Assembly: GCA_028534125.1 (NCBI GenBank)
Contig: CM052818.1
Location: 47,866,001 to 47,930,000, forward strand
Source of the DNA: Lama glama
Lineage: Eukaryota
Length of the DNA: 64,000 nucleotides
Direction: 5' to 3'
Shown here: piece after piece, positions 23,905 through 36,744 of the stretch
Layout: the number at the start of each line of letters is the position of its first letter
Position numbering within the stretch: position 1 is the first letter of the stretch
Program-made: the position numbers and the translations under genes
The notes under the pieces: generated by a model
Told to the model about the DNA's origin: nothing
The model's input: only the letters and a program-made list of their open reading frames with translations
Databases searched by the model: none

Positions 23905-24460
23905 TGGGTGTGGCTCACGACGCACCTGGTAATCTGCGGCACCCGGGAGACGATGGAGGGGCGCATGTCTGTGCACGTGTGTGCGTGTGTGCACGCGAGT
24001 GTTCCTGGGCTCGGCTCAGCTGGGAGCAGCGCATTGCATTCGCCCGGTGTTTCCTGCAGGTGAAACCACACATCTGCGAACACAAGTCTGCCTTATTCCC
24101 GAACTGTTCCCTAATAGATCAGCCTCACTGCGCCTGCGCGCGCCGCCGCCCGGGCACCCGCGGCGCTGGCTCCGCGCGCATCGCACAGCGTCCCCGCGGG
24201 CAGAGGGTCGATGGCAGTGCCCCGCGCAGCCCTACGTGTTAGTGTTGTGAGCGACTGCAGTTTACTTACCTCTGGTCAAGGGCTTTTATTATAGATTATT
24301 TAACCCCGTTTTAGCTTTGCTAACCCCTCAAAGTGGTGAACACCGTAAAAGCATCCCTGCAAATCCCGTGGCTCGAGGCTGACGCGGATCCCGTGGGCAC
24401 GGGAGGGCACGGAGGGGCCGAAGGGGCTGCCGAATGTCCTGGTCAGGATTCGAGTTCTCT
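23905..24460. promoter_or_regulatory. Small CpG-rich element with NRF1-like site
   Basis: Dense CpG at 24125-24240 and 24360-24450. TGCGCCTGCGCG at 24129-24140. Confidence 0.55.
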
Positions 24461-27149
24461 GTCCCTCAAAAACAGGCTGAAAGGGTGGCGATCTAATAAA
24501 ATCTTGAAATAGTGAACACAAATTCTAACGTTATAAAATTATCTGATACAGAGATTGAAGTCCGCTGTCGTTAACCGCGAACCTCACTTTTTGTGGGCCT
24601 AGAGCTCATGCCTTGACATGTTAACTAACAGAAGTGCAAATCCATCCCAACTGGGAAGACACCGAAGACTAAGAACACAAACGCGAAGATGAGCAGGCGT
24701 GGCTCTTCAGCCGTGCTAAAGTTTACGTTAGTTAATCCCATAATGTGCAAAATTCTACTGAACTCAATGCTAATTCCTTTGAAGTCTCTTTCAAGTTTTT
24801 TTTTTTTTTTTTTGCCCCCTTAGGGGAAAAAGACGTAAAGCATATCAATTAATAAAATATTGTTAATATTTTGGATGAAAATGGCTGGAGCAACAGAGAA
24901 AATAATATGGTAGATACAAAATTGCATCCTTTGTCTTCAAGCGATTTGGGAAGATACATACAAATGTTACGGAGGACTGGAAGGAGCCAATGTGAGGTTA
25001 AATGACTGAGTCTGGGGGTTTTGCTCCACAGCTGGGCACAGCTGTTTCTAACAAGTCCAACCTTCTGGTACTTGCTAAGTTCAGTTTCAATACTGAAATA
25101 CACGAAGGACAACTTCTCTGTGATCTACTAAAGAAAGATGTATTAGAGAAGCTCTGTTCTGAGCAGCAGGTGATTCTGTTAACAAAACGACAGTTTATGG
25201 GGGAAAAATGATATTAACGCAACCAGGGACGCTCTATCTAATTGTCAAGAACCAAAGGAAGCTGGCACCCGTCATTCATTCACAGCATTATTCCTAGTAA
25301 GAGATACTTTAAAATGTTTGGCCATAAATATAAAGATATAGGACATAAATATAAAAATCTTTAGTACACATTTACTGTTTACTGCAAATCCTTAAGAGTT
25401 AAATGTGAAATAGACTTATGAAAATTATTTGTTCAATTCAAGTCATGCTTTGGGGGAGTATATGATAAAAGCTAGTTGTCATCCAATGCTGCCAACCAGA
25501 TATTTTTTAATGAATAAATTGAAAATAACTAAACGAGTAATTCTAAGTCCATTCTTCAGTCCACAGGTAATTTCTAAACAATGAATGAGAAAGTAACTGC
25601 TTTTTGAGAGAAATGTATGCTGTAGAGAGCGAGCAACTTGGAATTAGAATCCAGAAGTGATGCTACCATGATGTAATTTTATTTTCAAAATATTATACAT
25701 CAACAGTGACAACAAAATAGTACATTATGTATACCAAATACAATATATGCGTGAAATCTGTAGATTATCAAAACTTAACAAAAATATAATTTTAAAAAAT
25801 TTTCTAAAATGAGGTGTTGTCCCTTGGATAAAATTTTACAAATGGCATAAATGTAAGCTCAAAAGAAAAACTGACATTCGTAAAAAAGAAAATTGAGTAC
25901 CTGAATTCTGACATCCACCATCACCACAAATCTCCAAATAATTGCTGAATGAGACTGGAACGTGGTGCCCAAATTTCAAAAGCACAACTGATGATTCATT
26001 TCTATTTGGATTTATGTACTTACGTGAAGTATATTTTTCAACCATGATAATAATTTAATGTAAGAAATAAACTGAACTTAGAGGTTCATTGTCTCACAAA
26101 GTGCCAAACCAACATACAAAATAATAAATCATATTTAACCATATTTCTTTCATTAAACTATTCTTTCTGATAAAATATTTCTTATGAAAATACAAGTTAT
26201 TTATTTTAAATGAAAAATTAAAATTAATCCAAAACTTTGTTCATTTTTTCTTTCCTCATCCTGCACTGTACACATCTTCAGAGGTCCGTGTATATGATGA
26301 ATGAGGGCATAAATATCAGATTATTACTAAATGAGTAGGTGATTAGACAAAACAAAACCGGACAATGGTAATCTAGATAAGGAGTGAGAGTTGTCAGAAG
26401 ACCATAGAGAGGAAAAAGGCGACGGCACCCGAAAGGAGGAGGCTTTCCAGGAGGAGGGCGGGATGGAGGGGAGACCCTCAGGTCTGGGAAGAGGAGCAGG
26501 GACAAGATCGAAGGGGAGGCGGAGGAGGAAGAATGACATCAGGAACAGGGACAGGGATTCAAAGGAAGCGTAGTCACAGTAGGAACGCCCATCTGTGTTG
26601 GCTGCATCAGTTAGAATCACTGTCTGCACAGATGACCTGTTTCATAGATGACAACATTAACACACCAACAGTAAGGTGACTCACCTACTGTCATGAACCG
26701 TGTGCCATCTGCTTTGGGGCAAGTTTCTCCCGCACCTGCCTGACTCCCAGTTCCCTGGTATTTCTGCCCCTTCTTCCTGCTTTGGGGTGGGGGAGGTGCC
26801 CTACCCCGCCCTCCCACCAACCAGTGACGTTTCAGTTGTTTAGAGCTTTGAATTAGATTGTGGTATAGATCTACAAATTAATTCAGCAATTAAGTACATG
26901 TATTTAATTTTATTTCCTTGTGGAGGGTGTAATCACGAGGATAGCTATTCGGAAGAAAAAAAAATAACTCAAAAGCAAACAACTGCAAAGAAAAAAAATT
27001 CCTCAGCTCTGCGCACTGCCTTTTATGGGCCTTCTCAGATTTTCCCATCAAGGTGGCTTTGAATCAGTACCAGGCCTTCTTTCATGTGGATAACGACTTA
27101 AAGATGTGATGTTCAGGGCAACAGTTCATACAGCTCATTTTCTCTCTGT

Positions 27150-27650
27150 CCCCCGGTTCGCGGAGACAGGGGACATGGCGAGGCGTGACCACTGGGTGGC
27201 GCCGTTGGTCCACGGAGGGCCGCCCGCGGCGCCCCGGGGACCGGGCCCCCCTTAGCACAAAAGGCGGCGTTCCCAAGGTGTGCGCGGTGGGTTTCTGCAC
27301 AGATTTACCGCTTCGGCGGCCTTCTCCTTTCCAGGCGCCTCCCCCACCCCTCCCCGCTGGAGGCCTTTTTCCGACCGCGGTCTCCGTTGAGCCCCCGGGC
27401 CAGGGTGGGTGGAAGGAGGCCTCCCGGCGAAACAGGCCGGAAGAACCGACTTCACGTGTCACCGGGGCGGCAGCCCTTACGACATCACTTAGAAGATTAA
27501 AAATAAATTGAAGCACATGCCACTCGAGAGGGAGCACACAAAGGACACCGCAGGATCGGATGCGTTAACGAGGAGGAGCTGCTGGCTCGCGTCTGAACGG
27601 GGTGGACAGAGAGGGGTTTGCGGCTGGTCAGCGGCTGGTGTTTGCAAACC
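27150..27650. promoter_or_regulatory. CpG island, putative non-coding-RNA promoter
   Basis: Dense CpG. CCGTTG (MYB core) at 27202 and 27384, CCGGAAG (ETS) at 27437, CACGTG at 27453, GGGGCGG at 27464. Confidence 0.65.
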
Positions 27651-29714
27651 GATGCTTACACGTATTTTATTATTTAGATGAGGACGTGGGACCCTCTCCC
27701 GGTTCTGTACGTTCTTTCCCGGCTTTGACCTGGGAGATATGAATACGGTAGCCCAGGGAGGGAGGCTGGCGCCCCACACCACGCTGGAGGCCGCCCCAAG
27801 AAGTAAAAGAGGAAGGAGGGGAGGACGGGGGGCCCAGTTCCCGGGCCCAGATCAGTGGGGTCCGCAGGCCCCACATCCGTCCCTGGGCCAGGCCAGCTTC
27901 ATCATCCAGGACCATCTGTGCAGTGAGGCCGCCCACCCCTGGAGGGGCCTCAGTCTGCAGACTCACCTAAGAGCCATCCATCTCCCGCTGGCCTTTTGTT
28001 TCCAAGACCCCTCTCCAGCAGCCCGCCCCTCCCGACGCTGAAATCCCAGCCTCCTGGCAGTCACTTCCTGGCTAATGGGGACTGAGCCCAATCATTCTCG
28101 TTTTTCATGCCTTGTCAGGAGGCCTGAATGCAGGGAGGGGGGCGGTGGGGGCAGCTCCGGAGGCGCGGAGCGTGGGCAGATGTCCTCATGAAAAATTTAC
28201 AAGGAATAATCAGAGGCTCCCGCTTTCCCCCCTCTGGGCGAAGTCCCCCTGCAAGAAGACTGGAAAATGCCCCCGTCGTCCTGAGGAAAATCTGGCTCTG
28301 GGAGGCTGGTGCGTGGCATCTGATGCACTTGGCCGTCCCCCTGAGACCGGGTTGCAAATGCAGTTCAGGGGAAATTGATGAAGTATCAGTTAATCTGAGG
28401 CCGACAGTTGAGAGAGGTCACAGCTGCGAGGGGCGGCCAGGGTCTCGCGGGGGACGAGGAAGAAGAGTTAAAGAGACAGGGAGAGCCCAGTGGGGAGGAG
28501 GCCCTCCGGTCCTCCACGTGGGCGCCTCTCAGACCTTTGCGTGCTGCTGGGGCTCGCACGGACCCTCCCCCACAACAAGCAGCTCAAATCCAGACGCTCA
28601 CACGGCCCCCTCCGCCCCCCGCCAAAACCCAGACGCACAGCCCCATGTCCCTCTCTCCTTAGGAAGGAAGGAGGCGAGAGCTGCGGCTCCCAATTGAAAC
28701 AGGCAGTGAGACCTCCTAATGCAAATTTCCGTTTTTAATTGGAGCTCTGAGTCATGTCTGCCGGCCCCGCACTTCCTGCTACAGGAAGGTTTGTCTAGGT
28801 AACTGGCGTGTCCGCAGATGGTGGGCCAGGCACCGCTCAGAAGGAATTTTCTGGGAGTGGCATCGACTCTCTGGAAAGAGATAAGAGCAGATACAAGTCC
28901 CCGTTTGTCCGGAGTTGTTTTCCGTGTGAACACTGAGGGCTGCAGGACCTGGTAACCCACCACTCGGGGTGCAGGCCTCTGAGGGCCTTCCAAACGACAG
29001 GGTGGCTTTTAGGGCCAGACTCACCAATCACTGGGTTTTATGGGATATGAAACAGCAAGGGTTTGGGAATCCAACAGCCGCGGTTTGGACCCCGGCTCCC
29101 CGATGCTTTGAGAAAGGTTTCATCAATATCACTATTTGCTGGCAGAAAAATAGGGCAAGAGGTGATCGTGGACTTCCTGTGATTAGACAGCTAAGCAGAT
29201 TTCAGAGCTGGGCCTATAACCCATGCTTTTCGCCCTTCTCCATAGACGGCTTTCTTTTACTCATAAGAATTAACGTAGTAGCAGTCACAGTGACAGCAGC
29301 AGAGTAGCTGTCTCAGCGTTTGGGACGCGCAGGCTGTGCATGCATGACACAGGCAGGAACGCCTTTGTCCCATACTGCAAACCTGGGAGGCGGACACCAT
29401 CCTGATCTTAGCGTTGGTATTATTATTAGCGTATCACCTCTTTTGAAAAGAAAGGGAAGTTGAGGTTTGGCAAGTGGACAGCACAATCCACTCCCTCTGT
29501 TTCTGTTTGGCTGGGAGCCCTCTCCTCTCCCTGGGGTGCGGTGGGCTGGGGTGGGGTTGTCCAGTGCCAGGGCTGCTGAGTCACACATCAGAAAGCACAT
29601 GAACACGAGTGATGGTAGCCCGATTGAAAAGAACACTGTTTTTAGTCAGTAAGAAAATGTATATTTGTTTAACAAGAATGCAAGTACTGAAAAACAACAA
29701 AGATTTCTTACAAT

Positions 29715-29856
29715 CAGCTATCATGGAAAAGAATCTGAAAATATATGTGTATATATATGTATATGTATGTATACGTCTAACTGAACCGGTTTGCTGCACA
29801 CCTGAGACTAACATTGTGAATCAACTACACTTCAATAAAAATAAAATTTTAAAAAA
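29715..29856 (+). mobile_element. L1 3' end, artiodactyl type
   Basis: ATGGAAAAGAATCTGAAAA-(TA/TG)n-AACTGAACCGGTTTGCTGCACACCTGAGACTAACATTGTGAATCAACTACACTTCAATAAAA. Confidence 0.85.
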
Positions 29857-30555
29857 TGCAGTTATTTTTCTCTAAAATTACATGGGGAAATTGTACACCA
29901 AGAGAACAGACTTTGTAGAAAGGAGACGTTTTCTCTGAAACAGGAAATCGTTCCACGCACCATAAGCGTATTTCAAACGTGGGCCCCCCACTTTGAGGCG
30001 GGGGGCAGGGCTTGTCCTTCCTGTCTGCAGGGGGGCATCTCACGGGCTGGGGGACACCACCGTGCTGTGCACTGGACAGGAAGTGGTGATGTTGCGTCCA
30101 TCACGGTCACACAAGATGTGTCGTTCTGAGACACCCGGGTCAGGAGCACTCCCATGCCCACCTGCTAGCTCTGGGAGGCGCCTTCCTGGATGCACTCGGG
30201 CAGCCACGGAGCAGGTGGCAGGCCCCCACTGTCCCCTCTCTGGAGCCTTGCACCGCCTGCCTGAGGGCCAGTGTCTGAAACTGTTGCTCCTGGTGTTTGG
30301 CTGGTTTCCAGCAGAAAGGTAAGTCCAGTCACTCTTGCTCCATCTCGGCCAGAAATGGAAGCCTCATGAATTTTGATTTAACCAAACAGAATCTCATGGA
30401 ACCCCTTTGTATCATTTATAGCCACACACACGGAACGAGGCAGACACACGGCTCACAAATGTGCCTCCCATACATACCCTTTTGTAAGAGTTCCTTTTCA
30501 CATGTAAAATACTTGCTATATATTAACTGCCTATTATTTGCCAAAGGGTAATTTA

Positions 30556-30724
30556 AATGGTTCTCAGCCTGGGAGGTTTTGCCCCTCAGACAGCATTTCG
30601 AAAAGTCAGGAGATGTTTTTGGTTGTCTCAGCTGTGACATCCTTCAGGGCATAAGGTCCCCCCTCCACACACACCAAAGACATTTTTGTCCCAAACGTCA
30701 ATGGTGCCCAGATTCAGAAACCCT
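30556..30724 (+). mobile_element. MER20 (hAT-Charlie), internally deleted
   Basis: TGGTTCTCAGCC...TTTTGCCCCTCAG...GGAGATGTTTTTGGTTGTC...CCCAAACGTCAATGGTGCC...AGAAACCCT. Confidence 0.8.
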
Positions 30725-32019
30725 CATATAGGTTCACCGTAAGCAGAAAAGAGGAGCATCGCACAGAATGACTCAGAAGGAGCAGAACCAAGCCCAGCAT
30801 TTCTGTGTCTTCCCTCCCAGGACACCGGACACCAGCCTGGCGTGCGGTGACACAGACTTCAGTCTGGCTCTGGAGCTGGGTTTTCTTTCCTGACGTTCGG
30901 AAAGGCTGTTAACTCTTTTGGCCTCAGTTTCCAGGTCTGTAAGAGAAATGTCTGGACTCCGTAGATGGATCGGCGTCACGAGGCAGAGATGGTACGTGCC
31001 GGCTGACAAAAAATGGAGGAAGAAGGGAGAAACTGATTTAGGGAGATCCTCTGTGCGGGGGCCCTGGGGGGGGCCCTCTGGGGGTTTGGTTGTCAGTCCG
31101 TCCCCTAAGGAGACAGGCCGGTCAGCTCCCTCCTCTCTGAGTCTCCCGGCCGGATCCCGGGGTGAGAGCCCCGTCTCACTAGCGGGGATGCCGGGGGGCA
31201 GACGGTGCAAATGATTAAATGAGATATTTCAGGGGGAGCCAACCGTCTTCAAAGCGCAGACGCCTCGCCCGCACCACCGCTGCCTCGCAGCACCCTTGCG
31301 TCCTTACCTGCAGGAAGGAAAGAACCTGAAATGACATCTCAAGTCATTTTTCTGAATGTTTGTGCTGACACGCGTGGCTGTCAGTGTGTCGCACGCGTGT
31401 TTCTGGTCCTGTGATGAACACATCAGTGCAGCTACCGGGAGCGTGAGGCCTTCCTGGATGGGAAACTGAGCCTCCCACGGGTGTGAGCAGCGGCCTCCTG
31501 CTCCGGCCGAGGAGAGCCCCACGCACGGCGTCACCGAGAGCATCACATGTGTCCCTGCCGGGCTTCCCGACGACCTCATGTGCTTCCCTTGGTGTGTCTG
31601 GGGATGGGGAGGGAGCCGTCCCTGCACACTTTGGTCACGTGAGACGTGGCCTTTGGAGAGCCCCCTGAGCCTCACAGTTGCTCCCAGTAGCGGCACTGAA
31701 GAAGGAGGACACAGAGGAGGTTCACAGCGGCACTGCCTTTCTTCAGCTGAGTGTGGTTTGGGGACAGGGCCATGCTGTGTGACCGCGCCTGCTCCAGGCT
31801 GCCCGCCTGCCTGCCTGCCTGCCGTGGTATTCCTAAAACGGTGCCTGTTCATGGTAGAAGGTGCTTTGGGTCGGTAAAAACGCGTACAAACTTTGGGAAC
31901 CTTACCTAGGTTTTAATTTTAGAGAACTCCCTTCAAAAAGGCGAAAAATCGAGAGCCCCTCCCCCGAGTGACTTCTAATGGCTTTAACTCAGTGTTAGCG
32001 TCCCGTACACACGTAATGC

Positions 32020-32100
32020 CAGTGGTTCTCACAGTGTGGGCCCGGGACCAGCAGCTCCACCTGTGAACTGGTCAGAAGTGCACACTCTTGGCCACATCCA
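32020..32100. mobile_element. MER5A fragment (hAT-Charlie)
   Basis: CAGTGGTTCTCACAGTGTGGGCCCGGGACCAGCAGC...GAACTGGTCAGAAGTGCA. Confidence 0.75.
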
Positions 32101-32724
32101 GGCTGCTTTTCAATATTGTAACTTCTCCCACAGTTTTAACCTATGGAGGACACCTAGATTTCAGGTTTTGTTCTGCTTAATTTTTATAAGAATACAGACA
32201 GCAGGTCCAGGAGACACACAGAAGAAAGGCAGGGACTCTAATTATATTTCAAGGGGCTTAAAACTTACAACTTGGCATCCACCACTGTCAGGACCCAGGT
32301 GTCCTTCTGGTTTTCCCTAAATGAGAGCAATGATCAGTTAGCATTGTGTAAGAGATGAACACTTAGAACACTCATAAAAGCCCTCATCTTGCGGATTTGT
32401 AAGTTGAGGCCACGAGAGGTCCTCGGGATTCTCCTGGATCCACAGGGAAAGCCAGTGGCAGGGGGGCCCAGGTCTCCTCCCAGAGCTGCTTTCTGTCACG
32501 GCCTCTCTCCTCTTCCTACCACAATTTTTAACGTTATTGAAATAGAAGGAATTAGACTCGAGGAATAGCGTCATACAGTATTTCCAGAGAAATCTCATAG
32601 ACCCTGAAAGTCAGCGTTTGCTGTACTTCAGGTTAGAGAGATGTGCCCATTTTCCACAACGGATACATTTGTCTGCTTTCCTTATTGAAGACCTAGTTAT
32701 CATCAAGGTTTTTGTAGTAACTGA

Positions 32725-32855
32725 TAAGGAAAAGGCATGTGAAAACGAATGTCTGTGTGTACATGTATGACAGACATGATGCTGTTCACCAGCAACTGAC
32801 ACAGCGTGGTAAACTGACTGCACGTCAATAAAAAAAAAAAAGAAATGAAAAAAAG
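32725..32855 (+). mobile_element. Camelid-type L1 3' end
   Basis: TGTGAAAACGAATGT...CATGTATGAC...TGACACAGCGTGGTAAACTGACTGCACGTCAATAAA followed by poly-A. Confidence 0.8.
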
Positions 32856-34389
32856 GATGATCAATAGATTTAAAGAAATGATTCTACACAGATGGTTTCT
32901 CTCTTAGCCCAGGTTCAATGGATACATAACCCGAGGCTGATGGAAACAGGCTTTGTAACTTTGTCGCAGAGCCATGAGGCTCCGCCGGATGCCGCCTTGA
33001 GGCGAGGACATTCTGAAACGGGAAAGGCAGGCAACTCGAGGTGGCAAGGACCACTTACCTGAGCTTAGGGGCTGCTTTCCTGCCCGAAGTCTGGGCCCTG
33101 GAAGGGAGTTCGGTCCAAGCCTCCTGGGGGCAGAGCTCTCGGAAGTGACAGGACTTGTGATGAGCACGACCTTACTCCCTTCATGGAACCAAATTTGTCA
33201 TCATATTCTGTCTAATATGTGAGCCCTGAAACACGGATCTCCAGTGCCAGTCTTCTGAGAAGGACGGAAGCAGTGTCATTTGGGTGCCTGGTAAGGAAAA
33301 GCCTGCGGGGAGCACTGTCACCAGGGGTCCGTGTTGGCGGGACGGATTCTGCTCTCTGACACAAGGCTGGACTTCTAAGGCAGAAATCAGAGGCTCCCGA
33401 CTCCAAAGACATCTTTAAGGCACTGAGCCCCTTTTAAAAGAAAGATAAATAGCTTCAAAATATACTTTACATGCGAATAAACTTGTCAAGCACATTAGCC
33501 TGCATTAGTAAGTTGGATTTGAGCATTTCCCATTGCAGGGAGTAAATTTTTAACATGTGTTCGGGGGTGATAAGAGCTGTGCCTGTTCACTGATTTCTCC
33601 GTGTACATCAATTACAGGATAGTCCGGTGTCGCGTGGAGATCCGGGACAGAGCAAACGCAGTCCCACCGCCGGCTCATTTGCACGTCAATGCCAGACCAG
33701 GGCTCTTCAATTACTTGGCTCTTGTCTGAGCTCCCAGAACAAGTGAAAAAAAAAAAAAAAGACATATTTGTGGATCTAGAATTTCTTTTGTCCACTTGTG
33801 TCTGTGTCTGCATGTGTATCTGTGTGTATGTGTATATGTATGTATATGTATACTTTTAGCTCATATTAATATAAGAATGTGAGGTTCTGGAATTTTTTAT
33901 CCTTTTACTGTGCATTTGATGCAGTAGTAACTGTGATAGTGGTTTACCATTTGGATAAAAATGGACAGAATTGTTCATGAGGCTTCTGGCAGAATGTCTT
34001 AAATTTTATCTATCAGTTCTGAAGGAAAATGCCAGGACTATCTCAGCAGCACTGATGCTTTTCAAGCCAAATCTTCCATCCCCACTGCCTCCCCCAATGA
34101 ACTAACCCAAGAATAACCCCAACCCACGCTGTTTTCTCATATTAATGCCCCAGGAAGAGAGACTCTGTTTTTCAGCTGGACTAGTTGTCACTATTGAAAT
34201 GTACTTGGTAGCAAGTGAGGAAACGGAACTGGCCTCTAATTGGACATGCATTTGCTGGCCGGCTGCAGGGGACAGCTGGGGTTTTGCTCTGCTCGCCACC
34301 CCTCCCTGTCTTTTCCTGGAAAGAGCACCTCCTTCCTTTGAGGAACACGCCCTCCCCCTCTCCTCGGGTCGCCCCTTGTTCTCTGTTCT

Positions 34390-34740
34390 GGCCTGAGTGG
34401 TAAACACGGGGATGACACAGGCCCCAGGGAGACAACCCCGTGGATTTGCTACGTGGGCTCTGGGAGAAAGATGGCGTCCCTGGTCCAGACCCCGGAGGCC
34501 GAGATGATGGAAACCTGCATCCTTCAGGGTTCCCGCATCACAGGGAGGGCGGAGGATGACGGTGTCTGTCACTGGAAAATTGCGTCGGCCTGATGGAAGG
34601 ACGGACACCGAGAGAAACAGGGAGAGAACGCTGATGACACCATAACTGGAGTCCGCCAAGTCAGCCCCAGTCTTAAACTTCTCATTGAGTGTGACGGGAC
34701 AAACGTGGATTTTGGCTTGAGCGACTCTGAATTGTGTCAG
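34390..34740 (+). mobile_element. Old MaLR LTR (MLT1J/K-like), degenerate
   Basis: Weak resemblance, e.g. GAGAGAACGCTGATGACACC...TTTTGGCTTGAGCGACTCTGAATTG. Confidence 0.4.
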
Positions 34741-36744
34741 GCACTAGGTACTGAGAGCGTGCAGAACGAGAGACCACCCTCCCGTATCACTGACCTTTGT
34801 GTATATAACGTTTATGATACGATTATATTAAATCATTGCTTCTAGCACATTATGGAAACTTCTGGAAACCTCTAAAAGGCATTGATGGTAACTCTCCCCC
34901 ACACTTTCTTTCTCCTTCCTCCTTTTTTCTTTTTCATGTTGGGCACCAGAATATTGTTTTTGAATGTTAAAATTTAGGGTATTTAAAGACAGTAAAGAGA
35001 CTGACTTAACTAGTGTACGAAACAAAGCAGTCTATTGACTCATCAATGTGAGACCTGTACAAATGCACACAGTAACATTTCCATGTTGTCAACTGGCCTA
35101 TTTTAAGCTGTCACCAGACACCTGAGTCCCAGCCTGGCCCAGACGCTGCACCACCCACAAGTCCCGGGGGGGCTCATGCCCCAGGGAGGTGAAGAGTGCA
35201 CAGAACCCGTCAGGGTGAGCCAGCTCACTAGCAGCCGTCTTTAGCCCAGGAGCAGAGAAAACTGGGCTGGACAATGTGGAAGATTTTATTTTCCTTTCAT
35301 TTGTTTAAGAAACACATATTTTTAAAGCAAGACTTGCATATTTACCCCTTGGAGTTTGTTGCTCTGCTAAGTTTAAAGCTGAGTGCTTTCACCTTGGATG
35401 ATGTGAAATACAGGCTTTTGCAAGCACCTCCTCAACTGTGTTTCTGTTTAAACATAACATTTTCCCTTTGCATTCACACTTGATACATTCACACCAGTGC
35501 TGAGGGTGCTCACCAGGTTGTTTGTCTGTCAAACGGAATGACACTAAGTGTCTGTGCATTCATTGTGCACAGCTTCTTTCTCAATTACAAGGGGTGGGCC
35601 AGGGAGAGGCAACTGTGAACTACCTGGTGATTATCTGCATCCTTTGTTGTCAGGAGACAGATCTGTCCTTCCTTGATTTGTCATTTGGGTGCTGGACTCA
35701 CTTCTGTGAATGTCGGGCAGGACTCCGGCTGCAACCCAGGGTCTCAGGTGTCTAGGAAGGCAAGAGCCTTCTGTGCTTGGAGTGGATGTGAAGACCCTGG
35801 ACCCTACACGCTCGCAGGCAGAGCAGAAGGAGGCCTTCAGAGGAACTCGCTTCCCTCAGTGGGGGCCAGGCTGCTGAATCCCGCCTACCGCAGTCATGAT
35901 GGGGAGCATCGGGCCTGACAGCGGAGGGCTGTTCACAAGTCTTGTGCAGGGGAAGGGGATTCTTGGAAACCACTGAGCTCTTGGACAAATCCATCCATCT
36001 TTGAGAAGGGTGCGGAGCTGCACCTGGCCTGCTTCCCAAGGCCTCATCAGCATCTCTGGGATAAGGGCATCGTCCCAGCCTGCAACCTGGCCTTTCAGGG
36101 CTGCCCTACCGTCAGGATACAGCCACTCCAGCAGGAGTCCGGGAATTAGAATAAAAGCTTGGTTTTTTTTTTTTCCTTTTTCTGTAATCAATAAAACCAA
36201 ATGCGTTCACAGTCACTGAAAAACTCTAATGGTGTTATTCATCAGCAGAGTAAAATCCCCATAGCAGACCTGGAGCTGAGAAGGACCTTAAATTGCAATA
36301 TTATCCGTGGCAATGTGGACAAGCCCCGCAGCGGAACCCGAGAGCCCGGGATCTTTCAAAACGTGAAGACTTCACTGTGATGACACCATGTCTTCTCCCC
36401 CTTCTCTCCCAGTCCAGTGCCGTCCAGAGGGTCCTTTTCCTTCCTTGGAAGCTCCTCTCCATCTCCTTTGCTCTTTCCTCCTCTTTCCCTCCTTCCTGAG
36501 GGGCGGAGTCCCTCATCTCGGCCCTGGAGCCTCCTCCCATCCTTTCTTTTCGGCGATCCCATGCGAGACTGAAACTTTAATGGGCTGCAGTGCTGACACT
36601 TCGTGTCTCTTCCCACTTTGAACTCCAGGCTCCCGTCTCCAGCTGCCTTCTTGATCCCTTGACTGCCCCTGGAGTCTCCAAGGTCACCATGCAGCCTATC
36701 CCCCCAACCCCCCAAACCTGACAGTTAGTTACCTTAGAATTTCT

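Noticed and set aside
26293..26360. C-box-like ATGATGA suggesting a C/D snoRNA
   Set aside because: No suitably placed CTGA D box or terminal stem.
24796..27500. Possible minus-strand processed pseudogene ending at the T18 run
   Set aside because: No canonical poly(A) signal just upstream of the run, no TSD found, and no recognisable coding remnant.
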